Source: Erysipelotrichia bacterium
GTDB taxonomy: Bacteria; Bacillota_I; Bacilli_A; Erysipelotrichales; Erysipelotrichaceae
Direction of reading: 5' to 3'
NCBI GenBank assembly: GCA_012800355.1
Contig: JAAZJL010000031.1
Coordinates: 8,596 to 72,595, forward strand
Length of the DNA: 64,000 bases
Position numbers and translations under genes: made by a program. Below, piece by piece: positions 1 to 9,177 of the stretch. Each line of letters begins with the position of its first letter. The stretch's first letter is position 1. The notes below the pieces were generated by a model that worked only from the letters and a program-made list of their open reading frames with translations, was not told the DNA's origin and searched no databases.

Positions 1-799
1 TCATGTTCATACAAGTGCTCCTGGTGATATTATTAACACTGCACATAGATTTGGTGATTTAGAAAAAGTAAAAGTTGAAAAATATAATAGTGAAAATATG
101 GAATGTTTTACTTATGGTGAAGATAAAAAAGCAAACGAATATAAAAAATATGCAATTATCTCAGTCTGTAATGGAGATGGTATTAAAAAATTGTTTGAGT
201 CACTTAATGTAGATTACATTATTCATGGTGGACAAACAATGAATCCAGCAACTGAAGATTTTGTTAATATTTTAAACAAATTAAATGCTGAAAATGTCTT
301 TATCTTACCAAATAACGCCAATATTTTCTTAGCAGCAAATCAAGCTAAGGATATTATTGATGATAAAAATGTTATTGTTTTAGAAACTAGAAGTATTCCT
401 CAAGGAATTAGTGCTTGTATTAACTTTAACTATGAATTAGATGTTGAAGAAAATATTAAAAACATGAATATAGGTATTTCTTCTATCAAAACCGGAAGTG
501 TTACTCAAGCAATTAAAGATACTACTTATAATTCTTTAATAATTAAAAAAGACAACTATATGGGAATAAATGAAAAAGAAGTTCTAGTTGCTACTGATGA
601 TTTATTGGAAGCTACATATGCTTTATTAGATAATATTATTGATGAAGATTGTGGATATATAACTATAATCTATGGTAGTCAGACAGATGAAGTTACAGCT
701 AAAAAGGTTTTAGAATATGCTGAAGAAAAATATGATCTTGAAGGTCAGTTAGTAAATGGAAAACAGGATTTATATCCGTTTATATTAGGAGTAGAATAA
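1..799 (+). CDS. YloV-type DAK2-domain protein, C-terminal part (gene begins left of the window)
   Basis: The frame of ORF 98..799 stays open back to base 2 (HVHTSAPGDIINTAHRFGDLEKVKVE...), so only the C-terminal part is present. Motifs IIHGGQTMNP, ILPNNANI and IPQGISA fit the YloV family. It lies directly upstream of recG, as yloV does in Bacillus. Confidence 0.7.
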   Translation, partial: HVHTSAPGDIINTAHRFGDLEKVKVEKYNSENMECFTYGEDKKANEYKKYAIISVCNGDGIKKLFESLNVDYIIHGGQTMNPATEDFVNILNKLNAENVFILPNNANIFLAANQAKDIIDDKNVIVLETRSIPQGISACINFNYELDVEENIKNMNIGISSIKTGSVTQAIKDTTYNSLIIKKDNYMGINEKEVLVATDDLLEATYALLDNIIDEDCGYITIIYGSQTDEVTAKKVLEYAEEKYDLEGQLVNGKQDLYPFILGVE

Positions 800-825
800 T
801 TGAAAGATTATTCTTTTTCTTAATT

Positions 826-2817
826 ATGACTATTAAAATAACACCAAGATTAAAAGAGAATTTAAATAAAATGGGTATTAGTGAATTGACTGATATCCTT
901 TCATATTATCCGTATCGCTATGAAGCAATTGAATACATTCCATTTAAAGATTGGCAGATAGGCGATAGAATAATAATTCCAGCAACAGTAATTGATAAAC
1001 CAAAAATCAATTATTATCGTAGAAATCAATCGGTTTTATATTTAAATGTTGCAAATGAAGATGATTATTTTAGAGTATCTATTTTTAATCGTCATTGGCT
1101 TATGAACCTTAAAGTTAATCAAAAAATTACCATAATAGGAACTTATGAAGGTAATAATAAAATACTAGCAAGCAATATTAATATGCAGCCTCTAGAAGAG
1201 CAAATAGGTATTAAACCTTATTATTCTTTAAATAAAGGAATTAGAGAAAAAACTTTTTTGAGATTAGTTGAACAAGTAATTGAAAAATACGCAAGTAAAA
1301 TAACTGATTTTATACCAAAGACAATAAAAAAAGAGAATAACTATTTATCAAAAATAGAAGCAATTAGACAAATTCATAAACCAGATAATAAGAAATCACT
1401 TTTAAATGCGATTAATACTTTAAAATACGAAGAGTTTTTAAAGTTTAATTTGATAATGGCAAAAAGGAAAAGTGATGCTTTTGTTGAAGATTCAAAATTT
1501 ATAAAAGAGTTTGATATGAATAAAATTAATGAGTTTGTTTTTAACTTACCTTTTAAGTTGACTGATGATCAAAACAATGCTTTATCTGAGATTTTATCAG
1601 ATTTAAAAGATAGAAAACAAATGGCTCGACTTTTACAAGGTGATGTAGGTTGTGGTAAGACAATTGTTGCTTTTATTGCGATGTATGCTACGGTATTAGC
1701 AGGAAAACAAGCTGCTATTATGGCACCTACAGAAATACTAGCCAAACAGCATTACAACAACATGCAGAAGTTTTTTGCTAATTATAATTTAGGTATTGGT
1801 ATTTTATATTCTTCTCAAAGTATTCAAGAAAGAAGAACTACTTTGGAAAAAATAGAGAAAAAGGAAATTTCACTAATAATAGGTACTCATTCATTATTTC
1901 AAGAAGGAGTTGAATTTAATGATTTAGGTTTAATCATAACAGATGAACAACATCGTTTTGGTGTTAAACAAAGGCAATTATTTTTATTAAAAGGAGAATA
2001 TGTGGATATGTTACTAATGTCAGCAACTCCGATTCCAAGAACTTTAGCTACAACTTTATATGGCGATTTAGATGTCACAACCATTAGCCAAACACCATAT
2101 TCAAATAAGAAAATTCATACAACACTAATAAGACAAAACTCATTTACTTCGAAAATTAAGGAAATTGAAGGTTTATTAGATCGAGGTAATCAGATGTATG
2201 TTGTTTGTCCTGCAATAGAAAAGGGAAGTGATACTGTAAGAAATGTTAATGACATTTATCTAAATCTAAAAAACTATTATCAAGGAAGATATAACGTAGG
2301 TTTATTACATGGGCAATTAGATAATGAACAAAAACAGATTGTTGAAAACCAATTTTCTAAAGGGGAAATTGATATTTTAGTATGTACTACCGTAATTGAA
2401 GTAGGTATAGATGTGAAAAATGCTAATGTAATGATAATTTATGATGCTAACAGATTTGGTCTTTCACAATTACATCAATTAAGAGGAAGGATAGGTAGAG
2501 GAAAAAAAGAGGGTTATTGTTATTTACTTACTTCATCTAAAGAAAAAGAAACAATAGATAAATTAAATATTATTGTAAATAATAGTGATGGCTTTGTAAT
2601 TTCACATTATGATTTAAAATTAAGAGGTCCAGGCGATATTTTAGGCTATCGACAAAGTGGTTTACCAGCTTTTGTTTTAGGAAATATTGTAAGAGATAGT
2701 GATATATTAAATAAATCATATCAAGATGCTAAAATGATAATAAAAGAATTAACAAATTACCCTACAATAGATGAATATTTAAAACAATCCGAGAATGAAG
2801 GTGTGCTTATCTCATAG
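826..2817 (+). CDS. recG: ATP-dependent DNA helicase RecG
   Basis: 663 aa with SF2 helicase motifs GDVGCGKT, TDEQHRFG, MSATPIPRT and QLRGRIGRG, plus an N-terminal wedge/OB region. Confidence 0.95.
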   Translation: MTIKITPRLKENLNKMGISELTDILSYYPYRYEAIEYIPFKDWQIGDRIIIPATVIDKPKINYYRRNQSVLYLNVANEDDYFRVSIFNRHWLMNLKVNQKITIIGTYEGNNKILASNINMQPLEEQIGIKPYYSLNKGIREKTFLRLVEQVIEKYASKITDFIPKTIKKENNYLSKIEAIRQIHKPDNKKSLLNAINTLKYEEFLKFNLIMAKRKSDAFVEDSKFIKEFDMNKINEFVFNLPFKLTDDQNNALSEILSDLKDRKQMARLLQGDVGCGKTIVAFIAMYATVLAGKQAAIMAPTEILAKQHYNNMQKFFANYNLGIGILYSSQSIQERRTTLEKIEKKEISLIIGTHSLFQEGVEFNDLGLIITDEQHRFGVKQRQLFLLKGEYVDMLLMSATPIPRTLATTLYGDLDVTTISQTPYSNKKIHTTLIRQNSFTSKIKEIEGLLDRGNQMYVVCPAIEKGSDTVRNVNDIYLNLKNYYQGRYNVGLLHGQLDNEQKQIVENQFSKGEIDILVCTTVIEVGIDVKNANVMIIYDANRFGLSQLHQLRGRIGRGKKEGYCYLLTSSKEKETIDKLNIIVNNSDGFVISHYDLKLRGPGDILGYRQSGLPAFVLGNIVRDSDILNKSYQDAKMIIKELTNYPTIDEYLKQSENEGVLIS

Positions 2818-2850
2818 GTATGATAGAATAATTAAAAGGAAGTTGAAAAC

Positions 2851-3537
2851 ATGAGTAAAATTTATGATTGGTTAGAAAAAAACTATAATATTACAATTAC
2901 AAATAAACAGGTTATGGAAGCTGCTTTTACTCATGCTTCATATTTAAATGAAAATAAAGATGTTGTTGGATGCGATTACGAAAGAATAGAGTTTTTGGGT
3001 GATTCTATCGTTGGAATGTGGGTTGCCAATAGACTATTTAATCATGAACCATCAATTGATGAAGGTAAAATGACAACTATGAGAGCTCAAATTGTTTGTG
3101 AAAAGTCATTAGCAGATTTTGCCAGAAAATTAGACATAGCTAAATATATCAAGTTAGGTATTGGTGAAGAAAAAAGTGGAGCAAGAAATAGAAATTCACT
3201 ATTAGCTGATATTTTTGAAGCATTTATTGGAGCTATATATTTAAATGGTGGCATGAAAGCTGTTAATAAAATTTTAAAAGATACAATTGATATTGTTAAT
3301 CATCCTGAATTATCTGAAATAATTGATTATAAATCTAGACTTCAAGAATATGTTCAATTAGATACTAGGGCGGTGTTGAAATATGAACTTTTATCAGAAA
3401 CTGGTCCATCAAATGACCCTTTATTTGAAATAGGAGTATATCTAGATGATGTTTTACTAGGTAAAGGAAAAGGAAAAACAAAGAAAAAAGCCGAACAATT
3501 AGCCGCAAAAGAAGCACTAGGAAAGTTGGTGAAATAA
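2851..3537 (+). CDS. rnc: Ribonuclease III
   Basis: 228 aa with the RNase III signature ERIEFLGDSIVG and a C-terminal dsRBD (KKKAEQLAAKEALGKL). SD AAAGGAAG lies upstream. Confidence 0.95.
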   Translation: MSKIYDWLEKNYNITITNKQVMEAAFTHASYLNENKDVVGCDYERIEFLGDSIVGMWVANRLFNHEPSIDEGKMTTMRAQIVCEKSLADFARKLDIAKYIKLGIGEEKSGARNRNSLLADIFEAFIGAIYLNGGMKAVNKILKDTIDIVNHPELSEIIDYKSRLQEYVQLDTRAVLKYELLSETGPSNDPLFEIGVYLDDVLLGKGKGKTKKKAEQLAAKEALGKLVK

Positions 3538-6500
3538 ATGGATATTGAATCTTTATTGGAAAAAATTGATTTAAGTCAAAAGGCCCTTAATTCTTTAAAG
3601 AGGGTTATTTTATGTCGTCCTCAATTAGATAAAACTAATAAATTAATAACTATAAAGATAATAAATAATCATTTTTTGGATACTGATGTAATAGAAGAAT
3701 TAATATTAAAACTATCAGATTATTTAAAACTTCCTGTAAAACTAACTTTTAAGATTACTGATCAAGAAATAAACTCTTCGGAAATAAGAAATTATATTAA
3801 ATACTATAATAAAAAAAATGATACAACATTAAATTTAATTCCTGTAATAGAAGATGACAAGATTTATATTAATCTTGATGATAAAAAAACATTTAATTCT
3901 TTAAAGAAATTTCTAAATAATTTAGGTATTAAAAAAGAAATATTAATTAAGAATCAGGAAACTATAGTGGAAACAGAAAAGATAATTACTTCAGATATAA
4001 ACAGTTCTTTTAAAACGACAAGTGGTAAATATAGAAGTAAATTTAATGGTAATAAAGATGATTACTTATATGTAGCGATGAATAAGATTACTGCCTCTAA
4101 TAATAAGATTTGTTGTAAAGGAAAAGTATTTTCTGTTGAATTAAGAAACTTGAAAAGTAAAAAGGGTAGCATGTTTACGATTGAAAAGTTTATTGTTACT
4201 GATTTTTATGATGCTGTAATAGTTAAAAGATTTGTTTCTGATTCCATGAATGAAAATATAAAAATGCCTGTAGAAGAAGGAATGTGTGTAGCGATATATG
4301 GTGAAGTTAAATATGATATGTACGAAAAATGTAATGTTTTTGAGTTAGATTTTATTGAGAAAATGAATCATGATCCTTTTGTAAGATTTGATGATTATCC
4401 TGGTTTAAAACATGTGGAATTACACGCTCATACAAACAGAAGTGAATATGATGGTGTTTCTGAAACTGAAGAAATTGTTACTCAAGCCTTCAATTTTGGC
4501 CAAAAAGCAATAGCCATTACTGATAATAGTGTTGTTCAAGCTTATCCATTAGCTCAACAAACCCATAAAAAAATAGAAAAAGATAATCAAAATAATGATT
4601 TTAAAATAATTTATGGTATTGATGTAAAAGTTGTCCCTGATAAATTAAATATCGTATACAATCCAACTGACGAACTATTAACTGATAAAGAGTATTGTGT
4701 ATTGGACTTAGAAACTACTGGTTTATCTACCAAATATGACCATATTATTGAGTTTGGTGGAGTTATCGTTAGCAAAAACACAATAACTAATGAGAGTTTA
4801 CAACTATTTGTTAAACCACCAATTGAACTTCCAGCCTTTATAGTTAATAAAACTAATATAACCAACGAAATGTTAAAAGGCGCTTTACCTATTGAAAAAG
4901 CAATAGATAAAATTGTTGATTTTATTGGAGATAGAGTAATAGTTGCCCATAATGCTGATTTCGATTTTAATTTTATAAATGACACATTAATAAAACTAGG
5001 AAGAAAACCTTTAAAGAATATTTGCTTAGATACTTTAAATTTAGCCAGAGAGACGGTAAAAGATCGAAAATATTATCGTTTAGGAGTAATTGCAAACTAT
5101 TTTGATGTTGAATACGATGAAACAATTGCTCATCGAGCTGATTATGATGCTGAAGTATTAGCTAATGTTTTGGTTAGAATGCTTCCAATTATTCCAGATT
5201 TTGAAAATATGACTTTCAAACGTCTACAAGATGAGCAAGAGAAAGATATTTTTAAAAAAGCCCGTCCTTATAGTGTGACATTATTAGCCAAAAATATGGC
5301 TGGAATTAAGGATATCTATGAATTAGTAACCTTATCTCATACTGATTATTTGACTTATTATGCTAAAGAAAATGCCAAAAAGATAGATGCTGATGTATCA
5401 GCTGAACCAAGAATAACAAAATCTGAAATTGAAAAAAGAAGAAAGAATATTTTAATTGGAAGTTGTGATCAATATTCTGAACTTTTTGAAATTGCCTGCA
5501 ATAGGAGTCTAGCTGATTTAGAACAATGCATGAAATTTTATGATTATATTGAATTACATCCATTAGAAAACTATGAATATTTAATAGAAATTGGTTCTTC
5601 TTTTGATATGGAAAGAATTAAAATGGTAGTAAAAGATATTATAAAAATTGCTGATAAGTTAAATAAACCTATTATTGCTAGTAGTAATCCTTATTACACC
5701 CATCCTTATCAAAAGATTGCTAGAGATATTTATATTATGGGTAAAAGAATAGGTGGATTAAGACATCCTATGTACCCAATGAACCGAGAAAAAAGGAAAT
5801 TATTTAACTCTCCTAACCAACATCTAATGACAACTAAAGAATTATTAGAAAAATTTGCTTGGACAAATAGGGAAGTTGAATTTGTTATAACCAATACTAA
5901 TATGATTGCTGATATGATTAATAAAGAATACCCAATTCCAAGCAAATTAGTTACACCAACTATTGAAGGTTGCGAAATCGTATTAAAAGAAGAAATATAT
6001 AAAAATGCTAATAATATCTATGGTGATATTTTACCGGAAATTGTTTCAGAGAGAATTGAAAAAGAATTAAACAATGTAATTAATAATGGATATGCAGTTC
6101 AGTATTATATCGCTCATCTTTTAGTTAAACAATCTGAAGAAGATGGTTACCCTGTAGGAAGTAGAGGCTCTGTTGGCAGTAGTTTTATTGCCACTATGGC
6201 CAATATTACGGAAGTAAATCCTTTAGTTCCACATTATGTTTGTCCAAAATGTAAATATTCTCATTTTTATACAAATAACGAATATGCTAATGGTTTTGAC
6301 TTGCCAGAAAAAGAATGTCCAAATTGTTCTACTTTATTAAATAGAAATGGTCATAATATTCCTTTTGAAACCTTCTTAGGTTTTGATTGTGACAAAGTAC
6401 CTGATATTGACTTAAATTTCTCGGCAGAGTATCAAGGTATAGCAATGCAAAAGATTAAGGACATTTTTGGAAGTAGTCATACTTATCGTGCTGGTACAAT

Positions 6501-7848
6501 TGGTACAGTTGCTCAAAAAACCGCTTATGGTTATGTCAAAGCATATTGTGAGGAAATGGAGATTCCATATTTTTCGAATGCTTTTAGTGAGGTTTTATCT
6601 AAAATGTGTGAAGGAGTAAAACGAACAACTGGACAACATCCTGGTGGAATTGTTGTTATACCAAAAGAAAAAAATGTACATGATTTTACTCCAATTCAAT
6701 ATCCAGCCAACAATCCGTTTAGTGAATGGCAAACAACCCATTTTGCCTTTGCTGATTTACATGATAATATTTTAAAACTTGATATTTTAGCTCATGTAGA
6801 CCCAACTTCCATTAGGTTGCTATCAATGTTTTCAGGTGTTCATTACAATGATGTTCCAATGAGTGATCCTAAAACATATCAACTATTTTATTCAACTGAT
6901 TCATTAAATATCTCTGATTCAGATAACATGTATCATGAATTAAATGGAGCAGCTGGCTTACCAGAATTTGGCACTCGTAACAATAGAAGAATTTTAGATA
7001 AAACTAAACCATCAACATTTAATGAATTAGTTGCTATTGAAGGAGTTACCCATGGAACTGATGTCTGGGCTAATAATGCTGAAGTATTAATAGAAGAGGG
7101 AGTTTGTACTTTAAATGATGTTATTTCATGTCGTGATGACATCATGACTTATTTAATAACTAAAGGCTTAAAAAAGATTACTGCTTTTGAAATAATGGAA
7201 TCAGTTAGAAGAGGAAGAGGTTTAAAAGATCAATGGATTAAAACGATGAAAGAACATGATGTTCCAGATTGGTATATTAATTCATGTTTATTAATTAAAT
7301 ACATGTTTCCTAAAGCTCACGCGGTTGCTTATGCTATGAATGCAGTTAGAGTCGGCTGGTATAAGGTTCATAAACCAGCAGCTTATTATGCTGTATATTT
7401 TTCATGTAGATGTGATGCATATGATATCGAAACAATGTTACAAGGAAAAGTTGCAATTTATAATCGATTAAAAGAAATTGAAGATAGAATAGCAGTAGGT
7501 GAAAAAGTTAGTAAAAGAGAAGAAGACTTAGTAATAGTTTTGGAAATTGCTTTAGAAATGTATTTAAGAGGTTATCATTTCAATAATATTTGTATTGATA
7601 AATCTGAAGCGATTAATTTTATAATAGATCCTGATGATGAATTTGGAATAATTCCATCTTTTGATAGTATTGATGGATTAGGCGCTGCTGTGGCCTACTC
7701 AATTGTTGAACAAAGAGCAATTCAGGATTTCATTTCAAAAGAAGATTTGTTAAAGAGAACATCAATAAATAATACTCAAATGGCCTTTTTAGAAAGAATG
7801 GGAGTATTAGATCATTTAGAAGAAGAAAATCAATTATCTTTATTTTAA
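3538..7848 (+). CDS. polC: DNA polymerase III PolC-type (Gram-positive replicase)
   Basis: 1436 aa with PHP motif VELHAHTNRSEYDG, proofreading exonuclease motifs CVLDLETTGL and HRADYDA, zinc module CPKC...CPNC and a pol III alpha core. The ATG abuts the rnc stop (TAAATG). Confidence 0.97.
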   Translation: MDIESLLEKIDLSQKALNSLKRVILCRPQLDKTNKLITIKIINNHFLDTDVIEELILKLSDYLKLPVKLTFKITDQEINSSEIRNYIKYYNKKNDTTLNLIPVIEDDKIYINLDDKKTFNSLKKFLNNLGIKKEILIKNQETIVETEKIITSDINSSFKTTSGKYRSKFNGNKDDYLYVAMNKITASNNKICCKGKVFSVELRNLKSKKGSMFTIEKFIVTDFYDAVIVKRFVSDSMNENIKMPVEEGMCVAIYGEVKYDMYEKCNVFELDFIEKMNHDPFVRFDDYPGLKHVELHAHTNRSEYDGVSETEEIVTQAFNFGQKAIAITDNSVVQAYPLAQQTHKKIEKDNQNNDFKIIYGIDVKVVPDKLNIVYNPTDELLTDKEYCVLDLETTGLSTKYDHIIEFGGVIVSKNTITNESLQLFVKPPIELPAFIVNKTNITNEMLKGALPIEKAIDKIVDFIGDRVIVAHNADFDFNFINDTLIKLGRKPLKNICLDTLNLARETVKDRKYYRLGVIANYFDVEYDETIAHRADYDAEVLANVLVRMLPIIPDFENMTFKRLQDEQEKDIFKKARPYSVTLLAKNMAGIKDIYELVTLSHTDYLTYYAKENAKKIDADVSAEPRITKSEIEKRRKNILIGSCDQYSELFEIACNRSLADLEQCMKFYDYIELHPLENYEYLIEIGSSFDMERIKMVVKDIIKIADKLNKPIIASSNPYYTHPYQKIARDIYIMGKRIGGLRHPMYPMNREKRKLFNSPNQHLMTTKELLEKFAWTNREVEFVITNTNMIADMINKEYPIPSKLVTPTIEGCEIVLKEEIYKNANNIYGDILPEIVSERIEKELNNVINNGYAVQYYIAHLLVKQSEEDGYPVGSRGSVGSSFIATMANITEVNPLVPHYVCPKCKYSHFYTNNEYANGFDLPEKECPNCSTLLNRNGHNIPFETFLGFDCDKVPDIDLNFSAEYQGIAMQKIKDIFGSSHTYRAGTIGTVAQKTAYGYVKAYCEEMEIPYFSNAFSEVLSKMCEGVKRTTGQHPGGIVVIPKEKNVHDFTPIQYPANNPFSEWQTTHFAFADLHDNILKLDILAHVDPTSIRLLSMFSGVHYNDVPMSDPKTYQLFYSTDSLNISDSDNMYHELNGAAGLPEFGTRNNRRILDKTKPSTFNELVAIEGVTHGTDVWANNAEVLIEEGVCTLNDVISCRDDIMTYLITKGLKKITAFEIMESVRRGRGLKDQWIKTMKEHDVPDWYINSCLLIKYMFPKAHAVAYAMNAVRVGWYKVHKPAAYYAVYFSCRCDAYDIETMLQGKVAIYNRLKEIEDRIAVGEKVSKREEDLVIVLEIALEMYLRGYHFNNICIDKSEAINFIIDPDDEFGIIPSFDSIDGLGAAVAYSIVEQRAIQDFISKEDLLKRTSINNTQMAFLERMGVLDHLEEENQLSLF

Positions 7849-7863
7849 AAAGGAGAAAATAGA

Positions 7864-8610
7864 ATGACTTATATTTGGGCTCATAGAGGGGCAAGTGCTT
7901 ATGCTCCAGAAAATACAATAGAGGCATTTAAATTAGCCATTGAGCAAAAAGCTGAAGGAATTGAATTAGATGTTCAGCTAACTAAAGACGGAGTAGTTGT
8001 TGTAATTCATGATGAAACTATTGATCGCGTAAGTAACAACAAAGGATTTGTTAAAGACTTTTGTTATCAAGAACTAAGGAATTTCAATTTTAATAATAAA
8101 AATAAAGAATATTCTTTTTGTCAAATCCCAACATTAGAAGAAGTTTTAAAGCTTGTAAAACCGACAAATTTACTTTTAAATATTGAATTAAAAAACTCAG
8201 TATTTGATTATGATGGAATGGAAGAAAAGGTGCTAGAATTAGTAAATAAATATGAAATGAATGATAGAATAATTTATTCATCATTCAATCATTATTCTAT
8301 TGTTAAGATGTTAAAATTAGATCCTGATGCGATATGTGCTTTCTTACATAGTGATAAAATTATTGGTATGTCTAGTTATGCTAAAAGTTATAATGTAAAA
8401 TATTTACACCCAGCTTATTATGTATTATTAGATCAAAATTATTTAAATGAAGCAAAAGAAAATGGTTTATTAATAAATGCGTGGACAATAAATGATCCAA
8501 TATACATTTATGCAGCTTTAAAAATAAATATAAATGCTATTATTACAAACTATCCAGATAAAGCACTTTTAATCAGGGAAGATTTTTTGAAGGAAAAAGA
8601 AATAATATAA
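7864..8610 (+). CDS. Glycerophosphodiester phosphodiesterase (GDPD family, cytoplasmic type)
   Basis: 248 aa with GDPD motifs WAHRGAS..APENT and ELDVQLTKDGVVVVIHD. No signal peptide. SD AAGGAG. Confidence 0.85.
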   Translation: MTYIWAHRGASAYAPENTIEAFKLAIEQKAEGIELDVQLTKDGVVVVIHDETIDRVSNNKGFVKDFCYQELRNFNFNNKNKEYSFCQIPTLEEVLKLVKPTNLLLNIELKNSVFDYDGMEEKVLELVNKYEMNDRIIYSSFNHYSIVKMLKLDPDAICAFLHSDKIIGMSSYAKSYNVKYLHPAYYVLLDQNYLNEAKENGLLINAWTINDPIYIYAALKININAIITNYPDKALLIREDFLKEKEII

Positions 8611-8617
8611 AAAACAC

Positions 8618-8646
8618 TTGATATATTTATTTAAATAGAGTATTAT
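8618..8646 (+). promoter_or_regulatory. SigA-type promoter for rimP-nusA-ylxR-infB-rbfA
   Basis: TTGATA (8618-8623), an exactly 17-nt spacer, then TATTAT (8641-8646). It sits 8 nt after the GDPD stop codon and 55 nt before the rimP ATG. Confidence 0.6.
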
Positions 8647-8657
8647 GAATATGCAGT

Positions 8658-8690
8658 AAGGAGCGAGAAATCGCTCCTTATATATTGCTT
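8658..8690 (+). terminator. Leader hairpin or weak intrinsic terminator between the promoter and rimP (candidate attenuator; could also terminate polC-GDPD transcripts)
   Basis: AAGGAGCGA-GAAA-TCGCTCCTT is a 9-bp GC-rich stem with a tetraloop (8658-8679), followed by an interrupted U-tract ATATATTGCTTT. It lies downstream of the predicted -10 box, so it would be in the 5' leader. Confidence 0.5.
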
Positions 8691-8700
8691 TGGAGGAAAA

Positions 8701-9165
8701 ATGCTAAGTATTCAAAAAATTGAAAGTTTAATTAAACCAATATTAGAAGCCAATGGTATTGGAAAATTCAAAGTTTCTCGAAAATCAGGTAAAACACCGA
8801 TCTTAGAAATTTGTATAAAGAAGATTGATGGTGAAGTTGACTTGGATATTTGTGAAATTGTTTCCAATCAGATTTCTGATGCATTAGATAGGCATGATGA
8901 ATCCAATCAACCTTATGTGTTGGATGTATGTTCCTTTGGTGCTGAGGAAGTTTTAGAGAATGAAAATGAAATTTTGCAACATATCAATGATTATGTCCAT
9001 ATAGAATTAAAAAATCCACAAAAAGGATTAGATTCAATTGATGGGACACTAACTAGTTTTGAAAATAATATTTTAAGTATTACTTATTATGTAAAAGGTA
9101 TTAAAAAACAAGCTACTATTAATTATGAAAATGTTAAATTTATAAGATTAGCTGTAAAAATATAA
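8701..9165 (+). CDS. rimP: Ribosome maturation factor RimP
   Basis: 154 aa. It has the conserved position immediately upstream of nusA and the family's length and pattern. SD GGAGG. Confidence 0.85.
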   Translation: MLSIQKIESLIKPILEANGIGKFKVSRKSGKTPILEICIKKIDGEVDLDICEIVSNQISDALDRHDESNQPYVLDVCSFGAEEVLENENEILQHINDYVHIELKNPQKGLDSIDGTLTSFENNILSITYYVKGIKKQATINYENVKFIRLAVKI

Positions 9166-9177
9166 GAGGGGAAAGTT

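Noticed and set aside
4611-4985. 124-aa antisense ORF inside polC. The same class occurs at 1899-2084, 5363-5563, 5730-5945, 6933-7145, 9717-9953, 11275-11526, 11666-11848, 12703-12894, 19051-19314, 35053-35241, 36060-36260, 38495-38731, 41185-41373, 42873-43061, 43808-44341, 45807-46097, 52885-53139 and 54657-55007.
   Set aside because: All lie wholly inside strongly supported genes on the opposite strand or in another frame. They have low-complexity hydrophobic translations and lack ribosome-binding sites.
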